Position numbers and translations under genes: made by a program
Notes under the pieces: model-generated
What the model was told of the DNA's origin: nothing
Seen by the model: the letters and a program-made list of their open reading frames with translations, nothing else
Database searches by the model: none
Part shown: positions 53,901-64,000 of the stretch, in pieces
How positions within the stretch are numbered: position 1 is the first letter of the stretch
How the letters are laid out: each line of letters begins with the position of its first letter
Source of the DNA: Eledone cirrhosa
Lineage: Eukaryota
Reading direction: 5' to 3'
Assembly (NCBI GenBank): GCA_964016885.1
Contig: OZ024762.1
Coordinates: 30,442,001-30,506,000, forward strand
Length of the DNA: 64,000 nucleotides

Positions 53901-56900
53901 AATTCATTTAAGTTCATGGTATTAGCTGTCAGAAGTAACTCCACTGTTGGTGAGAATTCATTTAAGTTCATGGTACTAGCTGTCAGAAGTAACTCCACTG
54001 TTGGTGAGAATTCATTTAAGTTCATGGTACTAGCTGTCAGAAGGAACTCCACTGTTGGTGAGAATTCATTTAAGTTCATGGTATTAGCTGTCAGAAGTAA
54101 CTCCAATGTTGGTGAGAATTCATTTAAGTTCATGGTATTAGCTGTCAGAAGGAACTCCACTGTTGGTGAGAATTCATTTAAGTTCATGGTATTAGCTGTC
54201 AGAAGTAACTCCACTGTTGGTGAGAATTCATTTAAGTTCACGGTACTAGCTGTCAGAAGTAACTCCAATGTTGGTGAGAATTCATATAAGTTCATGGTAT
54301 TAGCTGTCAGAAGTAACTCCACTGTTGGTGAGAATTCATTTAAGTTCATGGTACTAGCTGTCAGAAGTAACTCCACTGTTGGTGAGAATTCATTTAAGTT
54401 CATGGTACTAGCTGTCAGAAGTAACTCCACTGTTGGTGAGAATTCATTTAAGTTCATGGTACTAGCTGTCAGAAGTAACTCCAATGTTGGTGAGAATTCA
54501 GTTAAGTTCATGGTATTAGTTGTCAGAAGTAACTCCACTGTTGGTGAGAATTCATTTAAATCATGGTATTAGTTGTCAGAAGTAACTCCAATGTTGCTGA
54601 GAATTCATTTAAGTTCATGGTACTAGCTGTCAGAAGTAACTCCACTGTTGGTGAGAATTCATTTAAGTTCATGGTACTAGCTGTCAGAAGTAACTCCACT
54701 GTTGGTGAGAATTCATTTAAGTTCATGGTACTAGCTGTCAGAAGTAACTCCACTGTTGGTGAGAATTCATTTAAGTCATGGTATTAGCTGTCAGAAGTAA
54801 CTCCATTGTTGGTGAGAATTCATTTAAGTCTTGGTACTAGCTGTCAGAAGGAACTCCACTGTTGGTGAGAATTCATTTAAGTTCATGGTACTAGCTGTCA
54901 GAAGTAACTCCACTGTTGGTGAGAATTCATTTAAGTTCATGGTACTAGTTGTCAGAAGTAACTCCACTGTTGGTGAGAATTCATTTAAGTTCATGGTATT
55001 AGCTGTCAGAAGTCACTCCACTGTTGGTGAGAATTCATTTAAGTTCATGGTATTAGCTGTCAGAAGTAACTCCACTGTTGGTGAGAATTCATTTAAGTTC
55101 ATGGTATTAGCTGTCAGAAGTAACTCCACTGTTGGTGAGAATTCATTTAAGTTCATGGTACTAGCTGTCAGAAGTAACTCCACTGTTGGTGAGAATTCAT
55201 TTAAGTTCATGGTACTAGCTGTCAGAAGTAACTCCACTGTTGGTGAGAATTCATTTAAGTTCATGGTATTAGCTGTCAGAAGTCACTCCACTGTTGGTGA
55301 GAATTCATTTAAGTTCATGGTATTAGCTGTCAGAAGTAACTCCACTGTTGGTGAGAATTCATTTAAGTTCATGGTACTAGCTGTCAGAAGTAACTCCACT
55401 GTTGGTGAGAATTCATTTAAGTTCATGGTACTAGCTGTCAGAAGTAACTCCAATGTTGGTGAGAATTCATTTAAGTTCATGGTATTAGCTGTCAGAAGTA
55501 ACTCCACTGTTGGTGAGAATTCATTTAAGTTCATGGTACTAGCTGTCAGAAGTAACTCCACTGTTGGTGAGAATTCATTTAAGTTCATGGTATTAGCTGT
55601 CAGAAGTAACTCCACTGTTGGTGAGAATTCATTTAAGTTCATGGTACTAGCTGTCAGAAGTAACCCCAATGTTGGTGAGAATTCATTTAAGTTCATGGTA
55701 TTAGCTGTCAGAAGTCACTCCACTGTTGGTGAGAATTCATTTAAGTTCATGGTATTAGCTGTCAGAAGTAACTCCACTGTTGGTGAGAATTCATTTAAGT
55801 TCATGGTATTAGCTGTCAGAAGTAACTCCACTGTTGGTGAGAATTCATTTAAGTTCATGGTATTAGCTGTCAGAAGTAACTCCACTGTTGGTGAGAATTC
55901 ATTTAAGTTCATGGTACTAGCTGTCAGAAGTAACTCCACTGTTGGTGAGAATTCATTTAAATTCATGGTATTAGCTGTCAGAAGTAACTCCACTGTTGGT
56001 GAGAATTCATTTAAGTTCATGGTATTAGCTGTCAGAAGTAACTCCAATGTTGGTGAGAATTCATTTAAGTTCATGGTATTAGCTGTCAGAAGGAACGCCA
56101 CTGTTGGTGAGAATTCATTTAAGTCATGGTATTAGCTGTCAGAAGTAACTCCATTGTTGGTGAGAATTCATTTAAGTCATGGTACTAGCTGTCAGAAGTA
56201 ACTCCACTGTTGGTGAGAATTCATTTAAGTTCATGGTATTAGCTGTCAGAAGGAACTCCACTGTTGGTGAGAATTCATTTAAGTTCATGGTATTAGCTGT
56301 CAGAAGTAACTCCACTGTTGGTGAGAATTCATTTAAGTTCATGGTACTAGCTGTCAGAAGTAACTCCACTGTTGGTGAGAATTCATTTAAGTTCATGGTA
56401 CTAGCTGTCAGAAGGAACTCCACTGTTGGTGAGAATTCATTTAAGTTCATGGTATTAGCTGTCAGAAGTAACTCCAATGTTGGTGAGAATTCATTTAAGT
56501 TCATGGTATTAGCTGTCAGAAGGAACTCCACTGTTGGTGAGAATTCATTTAAGTTCATGGTATTAGCTGTCAGAAGTAACTCCACTGTTGGTGAGAATTC
56601 ATTTAAGTTCACGGTACTAGCTGTCAGAAGTAACTCCAATGTTGGTGAGAATTCATATAAGTTCATGGTATTAGCTGTCAGAAGTAACTCCACTATTGGT
56701 GAGAATTCATTTAAGTTCATGGTACTAGCTGTCAGAAGTAACTCCACTGTTGGTGAGAATTCATTTAAGTTCATGGTACTAGCTGTCAGAAGTAACTCCA
56801 CTGTTGGTGAGAATTCATTTAAGTTCATGGTACTAGCTGTCAGAAGTAACTCCAATGTTGGTGAGAATTCAGTTAAGTTCATGGTATTAGTTGTCAGAAG

Positions 56901-57120
56901 TAACTCCACTGTTGGTGAGAATTCATTTAAATCATGGTATTAGTTGTCAGAAGTAACTCCAATGTTGCTGAGAATTCATTTAAGTTCATGGTACTAGCTG
57001 TCAGAAGTAACTCCACTGTTGGTGAGAATTCATTTAAGTTCATGGTACTAGCTGTCAGAAGTAACTCCACTGTTGGTGAGAATTCATTTAAGTTCATGGT
57101 ACTAGCTGTCAGAAGTAACT
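47930..57120. repeat. Approximately 4-kb block duplicated at 5227-bp (97-monomer) offset
   Basis: ORF pairs 48635/53862, 49336/54563, 49604/54831, 50952/56179 and 51707/56934 are offset by 5227. Shared markers are tttatttacg, gaattaattt, gtcttgg and actagttgtc. Confidence 0.9.
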
Positions 57121-60100
57121 CCACTGTTGGTGAGAATTCATTTAAGTTCATGGTACTAGCTGTCAGAAGTAACTCCACTGTTGGTGAGAATTCATTTAAG
57201 TTCATGGTATTAGCTGTCAGAAGTCACTCCACTGTTGGTGAGAATTCATTTAAGTTCATGGTATTAGCTGTCAGAAGTAACTCCACTGTTGGTGAGAATT
57301 CATTTAAGTTCATGGTATTAGCTGTCAGAAGTAACTCCACTGTTGGTGAGAATTCATTTAAGTTCATGGTACTAGCTGTCAGAAGTAACTCCACTGTTGG
57401 TGAGAATTCATTTAAGTTCATGGTACTAGCTGTCAGAAGTAACTCCACTGTTGGTGAGAATTCATTTAAGTTCATGGTATTAGCTGTCAGAAGTCACTCC
57501 ACTGTTGGTGAGAATTCATTTAAGTTCATGGTATTAGCTGTCAGAAGTAACTCCACTGTTGGTGAGAATTCATTTAAGTTCATGGTACTAGCTGTCAGAA
57601 GTAACTCCACTGTTGGTGAGAATTCATTTAAGTTCATGGTACTAGCTGTCAGAAGTAACTCCACTGTTGGTGAGAATTCATTTAAGTTCATGGTATTAGC
57701 TGTCAGAAGTAACTACAATGTTGGTGAGAATTCATTTAAGTTCATGGTATTAGCTGTCAGAAGGAACGCCACTGTTGGTGAGAATTCATTTAAGTCATGG
57801 TATTAGCTGTCAGAAGTAACTCCATTGTTGGTGAGAATTCATTTAAGTCATGGTACTAGCTGTCAGAAGTAACTCCACTGTTGGTGAGAATTCATTTAAG
57901 TTCATGGTATTAGCTGTCAGAAGGAACTCCACTGTTGGTGAGAATTCATTTAAGTTCATGGTATTAGCTGTCAGAAGTAACTCCACTGTTGGTGAGAATT
58001 CATTTAAGTTCATGGTACTAGCTGTCAGAAGTAACTCCACTGTTGGTGAGAATTCATTTAAGTTCATGGTACTAGCTGTCAGAAGGAACTCCACTGTTGG
58101 TGAGAATTCATTTAAGTTCATGGTATTAGCTGTCAGAAGTAACTCCAATGTTGGTGAGAATTCATTTAAGTTCATGGTATTAGCTGTCAGAAGGAACTCC
58201 ACTGTTGGTGAGAATTCATTTAAGTTCATGGTATTAGCTGTCAGAAGTAACTCCACTGTTGGTGAGAATTCATTTAAGTTCACGGTACTAGCTGTCAGAA
58301 GTAACTCCAATGTTGGTGAGAATTCATATAAGTTCATGGTATTAGCTGTCAGAAGTAACTCCACTATTGGTGAGAATTCATTTAAGTTCATGGTACTAGC
58401 TGTCAGAAGTAACTCCACTGTTGGTGAGAATTCATTTAAGTTCATGGTACTAGCTGTCAGAAGTAACTCCACTGTTGGTGAGAATTCATTTAAGTTCATG
58501 GTACTAGCTGTCAGAAGTAACTCCAATGTTGGTGAGAATTCAGTTAAGTTCATGGTATTAGTTGTCAGAAGTAACTCCACTGTTGGTGAGAATTCATTTA
58601 AATCATGGTATTAGTTGTCAGAAGTAACTCCAATGTTGCTGAGAATTCATTTAAGTTCATGGTACTAGCTGTCAGAAGTAACTCCACTGTTGGTGAGAAT
58701 TCATTTAAGTTCATGGTACTAGCTGTCAGAAGTAACTCCACTGTTGGTGAGAATTCATTTAAGTTCATGGTACTAGCTGTCAGAAGTAACTCCACTGTTG
58801 GTGAGAATTCATTTAAGTCATGGTATTAGCTGTCAGAAGTAACTCCATTGTTGGTGAGAATTCATTTAAGTCATGGTACTAGCTGTCAGAAGGAACTCCA
58901 CTGTTGGTGAGAATTCATTTAAGTTCATGGTACTAGCTGTCAGAAGTAACTCCACTGTTGGTGAGAATTCATTTAAGTTCATGGTACTAGCTGTCAGAAG
59001 TAACTCCACTGTTGGTGAGAATTCATTTAAGTTCATGGTATTAGCTGTCAGAAGTCACTCCACTGTTGGTGAGAATTCATTTAAGTTCATGGTATTAGCT
59101 GTCAGAAGTCACTCCACTGTTGGTGAGAATTCATTTAAGTTCATGGTATTAGCTGTCAGAAGTAACTCCACTGTTGGTGAGAATTCATTTAAGTTCATGG
59201 TACTAGCTGTCAGAAGTAACTCCACTGTTGGTGAGAATTCATTTAAGTTCATGGTACTAGCTGTCAGAAGTAACTCCACTGTTGGTGAGAATTCATTTAA
59301 GTTCATGGTATTAGCTGTCAGAAGTCACTCCACTGTTGGTGAGAATTCATTTAAGTTCATGGTATTAGCTGTCAGAAGTAACTCCACTGTTGGTGAGAAT
59401 TCATTTAAGTTCATGGTACTAGCTGTCAGAAGTAACTCCACTGTTGGTGAGAATTCATTTAAGTTCATGGTACTAGCTGTCAGAAGTAACTCCAATGTTG
59501 GTGAGAATTCATTTAAGTTCATGGTATTAGCTGTCAGAAGTAACTCCACTGTTGGTGAGAATTCATTTAAGTTCATGGTACTAGCTGTCAGAAGTAACTC
59601 CACTGTTGGTGAGAATTCATTTAAGTTCATGGTATTAGCTGTCAGAAGTAACTCCACTGTTGGTGAGAATTCATTTAAGTTCATGGTACTAGCTGTCAGA
59701 AGTAACCCCAATGTTGGTGAGAATTCATTTAAGTCATGGTACTAGCTGTCAGAAGTAACTCCACTGTTGCTGAGAATTCATTTAAGTTCATGGTATTAGC
59801 TGTCAGAAGGAACTCCACTGTTGGTGAGAATTCATTTAAGTTCATGGTATTAGCTGTCAGAAGTAACTCCACTGTTGGTGAGAATTCATTTAAGTTCATG
59901 GTACTAGCTGTCAGAAGTAACTCCACTGTTGGTGAGAATTCATTTAAGTTCATGGTACTAGCTGACAGAAGGAACTCCACTGTTGGTGAGAATTCATTTA
60001 AGTTCATGGTATTAGCTGTCAGAAGTAACTCCAATGTTGGTGAGAATTCATTTAAGTCATGGTACTAGCTGTCAGAAGTAACTCCACTGTTGGTGAGAAT

Positions 60101-63100
60101 TCATTTAAGTTCATGGTATTAGCTGTCAGAAGGAACTCCACTGTTGGTGAGAATTCATTTAAGTTCATGGTATTAGCTGTCAGAAGTAACTCCACTGTTG
60201 GTGAGAATTCATTTAAGTTCATGGTATTAGCTGTCAGAAGTAACTCCACTGTTGGTGAGAATTCATTTAAGTTCATGGTACTAGCTGTCAGAAGTAACTC
60301 CACTGTTGGTGAGAATTCATTTAAATTCATGGTATTAGCTGTCAGAAGTAACTCCACTGTTGGTGAGAATTCATTTAAGTTCATGGTATTAGCTGTCAGA
60401 AGTAACTCCAATGTTGGTGAGAATTCATTTAAGTTCATGGTATTAGCTGTCAGAAGGAACGCCACTGTTGGTGAGAATTCATTTAAGTCATGGTATTAGC
60501 TGTCAGAAGTAACTCCATTGTTGGTGAGAATTCATTTAAGTCATGGTACTAGCTGTCAGAAGTAACTCCACTGTTGGTGAGAATTCATTTAAGTTCATGG
60601 TATTAGCTGTCAGAAGGAACTCCACTGTTGGTGAGAATTCATTTAAGTTCATGGTATTAGCTGTCAGAAGTAACTCCACTGTTGGTGAGAATTCATTTAA
60701 GTTCATGGTACTAGCTGTCAGAAGTAACTCCACTGTTGGTGAGAATTCATTTAAGTTCATGGTACTAGCTGTCAGAAGGAACTCCACTGTTGGTGAGAAT
60801 TCATTTAAGTTCATGGTATTAGCTGTCAGAAGTAACTCCAATGTTGGTGAGAATTCATTTAAGTTCATGGTATTAGCTGTCAGAAGGAACTCCACTGTTG
60901 GTGAGAATTCATTTAAGTTCATGGTATTAGCTGTCAGAAGTAACTCCACTGTTGGTGAGAATTCATTTAAGTTCACGGTACTAGCTGTCAGAAGTAACTC
61001 CAATGTTGGTGAGAATTCATTTAAGTTCATGGTATTAGCTGTCAGAAGGAACGCCACTGTTGGTGAGAATTCATTTAAGTCATGGTATTAGCTGTCAGAA
61101 GTAACTCCATTGTTGGTGAGAATTCATTTAAGTCATGGTACTAGCTGTCAGAAGTAACTCCACTGTTGGTGAGAATTCATTTAAGTTCATGGTATTAGCT
61201 GTCAGAAGGAACTCCACTGTTGGTGAGAATTCATTTAAGTTCATGGTATTAGCTGTCAGAAGTAACTCCACTGTTGGTGAGAATTCATTTAAGTTCATGG
61301 TACTAGCTGTCAGAAGTAACTCCACTGTTGGTGAGAATTCATTTAAGTTCATGGTACTAGCTGTCAGAAGGAACTCCACTGTTGGTGAGAATTCATTTAA
61401 GTTCATGGTATTAGCTGTCAGAAGTAACTCCAATGTTGGTGAGAATTCATTTAAGTTCATGGTATTAGCTGTCAGAAGGAACTCCACTGTTGGTGAGAAT
61501 TCATTTAAGTTCATGGTATTAGCTGTCAGAAGTAACTCCACTGTTGGTGAGAATTCATTTAAGTTCACGGTACTAGCTGTCAGAAGTAACTCCAATGTTG
61601 GTGAGAATTCATATAAGTTCATGGTATTAGCTGTCAGAAGTAACTCCACTATTGGTGAGAATTCATTTAAGTTCATGGTACTAGCTGTCAGAAGTAACTC
61701 CACTGTTGGTGAGAATTCATTTAAGTTCATGGTACTAGCTGTCAGAAGTAACTCCACTGTTGGTGAGAATTCATTTAAGTTCATGGTACTAGCTGTCAGA
61801 AGTAACTCCAATGTTGGTGAGAATTCAGTTAAGTTCATGGTATTAGTTGTCAGAAGTAACTCCACTGTTGGTGAGAATTCATTTAAATCATGGTATTAGT
61901 TGTCAGAAGTAACTCCAATGTTGCTGAGAATTCATTTAAGTTCATGGTACTAGCTGTCAGAAGTAACTCCACTGTTGGTGAGAATTCATTTAAGTTCATG
62001 GTACTAGCTGTCAGAAGTAACTCCACTGTTGGTGAGAATTCATTTAAGTTCATGGTACTAGCTGTCAGAAGTAACTCCACTGTTGGTGAGAATTCATTTA
62101 AGTCATGGTATTAGCTGTCAGAAGTAACTCCATTGTTGGTGAGAATTCATTTAAGTCATGGTACTAGCTGTCAGAAGGAACTCCACTGTTGGTGAGAATT
62201 CATTTAAGTTCATGGTACTAGCTGTCAGAAGTAACTCCACTGTTGGTGAGAATTCATTTAAGTTCATGGTACTAGCTGTCAGAAGTAACTCCACTGTTGG
62301 TGAGAATTCATTTAAGTTCATGGTATTAGCTGTCAGAAGTCACTCCACTGTTGGTGAGAATTCATTTAAGTTCATGGTATTAGCTGTCAGAAGTAACTCC
62401 ACTGTTGGTGAGAATTCATTTAAGTTCATGGTATTAGCTGTCAGAAGTAACTCCACTGTTGGTGAGAATTCATTTAAGTTCATGGTACTAGCTGTCAGAA
62501 GTAACTCCACTGTTGGTGAGAATTCATTTAAGTTCATGGTACTAGCTGTCAGAAGTAACTCCACTGTTGGTGAGAATTCATTTAAGTTCATGGTATTAGC
62601 TGTCAGAAGTCACTCCACTGTTGGTGAGAATTCATTTAAGTTCATGGTATTAGCTGTCAGAAGTAACTCCACTGTTGGTGAGAATTCATTTAAGTTCATG
62701 GTACTAGCTGTCAGAAGTAACTCCACTGTTGGTGAGAATTCATTTAAGTTCATGGTACTAGCTGTCAGAAGTAACTCCACTGTTGGTGAGAATTCATTTA
62801 AGTTCATGGTATTAGCTGTCAGAAGTAACTCCAATGTTGGTGAGAATTCATTTAAGTTCATGGTATTAGCTGTCAGAAGGAACGCCACTGTTGGTGAGAA
62901 TTCATTTAAGTCATGGTATTAGCTGTCAGAAGTAACTCCATTGTTGGTGAGAATTCATTTAAGTCATGGTACTAGCTGTCAGAAGTAACTCCACTGTTGG
63001 TGAGAATTCATTTAAGTTCATGGTATTAGCTGTCAGAAGGAACTCCACTGTTGGTGAGAATTCATTTAAGTTCATGGTATTAGCTGTCAGAAGTAACTCC

Positions 63101-64000
63101 ACTGTTGGTGAGAATTCATTTAAGTTCATGGTACTAGCTGTCAGAAGTAACTCCACTGTTGGTGAGAATTCATTTAAGTTCATGGTACTAGCTGTCAGAA
63201 GGAACTCCACTGTTGGTGAGAATTCATTTAAGTTCATGGTATTAGCTGTCAGAAGTAACTCCAATGTTGGTGAGAATTCATTTAAGTTCATGGTATTAGC
63301 TGTCAGAAGGAACTCCACTGTTGGTGAGAATTCATTTAAGTTCATGGTATTAGCTGTCAGAAGTAACTCCACTGTTGGTGAGAATTCATTTAAGTTCACG
63401 GTACTAGCTGTCAGAAGTAACTCCAATGTTGGTGAGAATTCATATAAGTTCATGGTATTAGCTGTCAGAAGTAACTCCACTATTGGTGAGAATTCATTTA
63501 AGTTCATGGTACTAGCTGTCAGAAGTAACTCCACTGTTGGTGAGAATTCATTTAAGTTCATGGTACTAGCTGTCAGAAGTAACTCCACTGTTGGTGAGAA
63601 TTCATTTAAGTTCATGGTACTAGCTGTCAGAAGTAACTCCAATGTTGGTGAGAATTCAGTTAAGTTCATGGTATTAGTTGTCAGAAGTAACTCCACTGTT
63701 GGTGAGAATTCATTTAAATCATGGTATTAGTTGTCAGAAGTAACTCCAATGTTGCTGAGAATTCATTTAAGTTCATGGTACTAGCTGTCAGAAGTAACTC
63801 CACTGTTGGTGAGAATTCATTTAAGTTCATGGTACTAGCTGTCAGAAGTAACTCCACTGTTGGTGAGAATTCATTTAAGTTCATGGTACTAGCTGTCAGA
63901 AGTAACTCCACTGTTGGTGAGAATTCATTTAAGTCATGGTATTAGCTGTCAGAAGTAACTCCATTGTTGGTGAGAATTCATTTAAGTCATGGTACTAGCT
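50945..64000. repeat. 34-monomer (1831-bp) higher-order repeat family of the right-hand zone
   Basis: The same 254-aa translation starts at 50952, 56179, 57850, 61135 and 62966, each carrying the ccactattgg marker. Unit offsets are 1831 (=34x54-5) at 50952/52783 and 61135/62966, with a 1671-bp (31-monomer) truncated unit at 56179-57849. Confidence 0.88.

Larger units (their letters stand above)
1..64000. repeat. 54-bp tandem satellite DNA array (EcoRI-site-containing monomer), about 1,185-1,190 head-to-tail copies, extending past both window ends
   Basis: Bases 1-54 (gctgtcagaagtaactccactgttggtgagaattcatttaagttcatggtatta) restart at base 55 and recur to base 64000, typically with 0-3 substitutions. 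Length variants are mostly 53 bp (aagttcat>aagtcat) plus five 58-bp copies. No unique sequence was seen. Confidence 0.99.

Noticed and set aside
200-63911. Minus-strand ORFs of (MNLNEFSPTVELLLTAN/ST)n resembling a repeat protein
   Set aside because: Antisense mirror of the same satellite, ended by the same deletions and by gtcac-derived stops. No recognisable domain.
207-63945. Plus-strand ORFs of (MVLAVRSNSTVGENSFKF)n, up to 434 aa
   Set aside because: They follow automatically from a 54-bp (18-codon) monomer with a stop-free frame. They are cut every few monomers by 1-bp deletions that are themselves amplified, they include in-frame stop variants, and they have no unique N- or C-terminus or gene context. 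The C/T site is synonymous in this frame (CTA/TTA), but most other common variants are not.
1-64000. CRISPR array or other repeat-spacer system
   Set aside because: There are no unique spacers: the full 54 bp is repeated with only point variants, and no cas or other genes are present.
1-64000. Programmed frameshift or phase-variation cassette system suggested by ORFs repeatedly ending in ...FKSWY and overlapping the next ATG
   Set aside because: This is simply the translation of the aagttcat>aagtcat deletion monomer. There is no slippery tract, recombinase or expression locus to support it.
1-64000. Tandem tRNA, 5S or small-RNA gene cluster, or telomeric repeat
   Set aside because: The monomer is too short, with no cloverleaf, convincing Pol III A/B boxes with terminator, or strong stem. 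It has no G-rich telomere-type motif.
1-64000. Sequencing or synthetic concatemer artefact (EcoRI-ligated oligo or rolling-circle product)
   Set aside because: Variants are shared in ordered, nested, hierarchical blocks and the orientation is uniform, as expected from evolutionary duplication rather than random error or ligation. Individual duplications could still be misassembled.

Overview
The whole 64 kb window is one uninterrupted, head-to-tail tandem array of a 54-bp satellite monomer (about 1,185-1,190 copies, estimated from length). The consensus is GCTGTCAGAAGTAACTCCACTGTTGGTGAGAATTCATTTAAGTTCATGGTA(T/C)TA, about 37-39% GC, with one EcoRI site and no CpG. All copies are in one orientation and the array runs off both ends. 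I see no genes, RNA genes, transposon insertions or CRISPR spacers. Every ORF in the track is a by-product of an 18-codon monomer with stop-free frames, broken by recurrent 53-bp monomers. The real structure lies in the variant pattern: nested higher-order repeats and block duplications (offsets 108, 162, 270, 807, 919, 1238, 1453, 1831/1833, 2153, 2802, 3231, 5227, about 6195 and 10341 bp). There is also a three-zone layering in which a central zone (about 16.9-48 kb) with private, often CpG-creating variants sits between two flanks that share a marker absent from most of the centre. This resembles eukaryotic (peri)centromeric or heterochromatic satellite DNA. I cannot name the family or species from the sequence, and I find no support for a novel protein-coding system. 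All positions and counts were read by eye.
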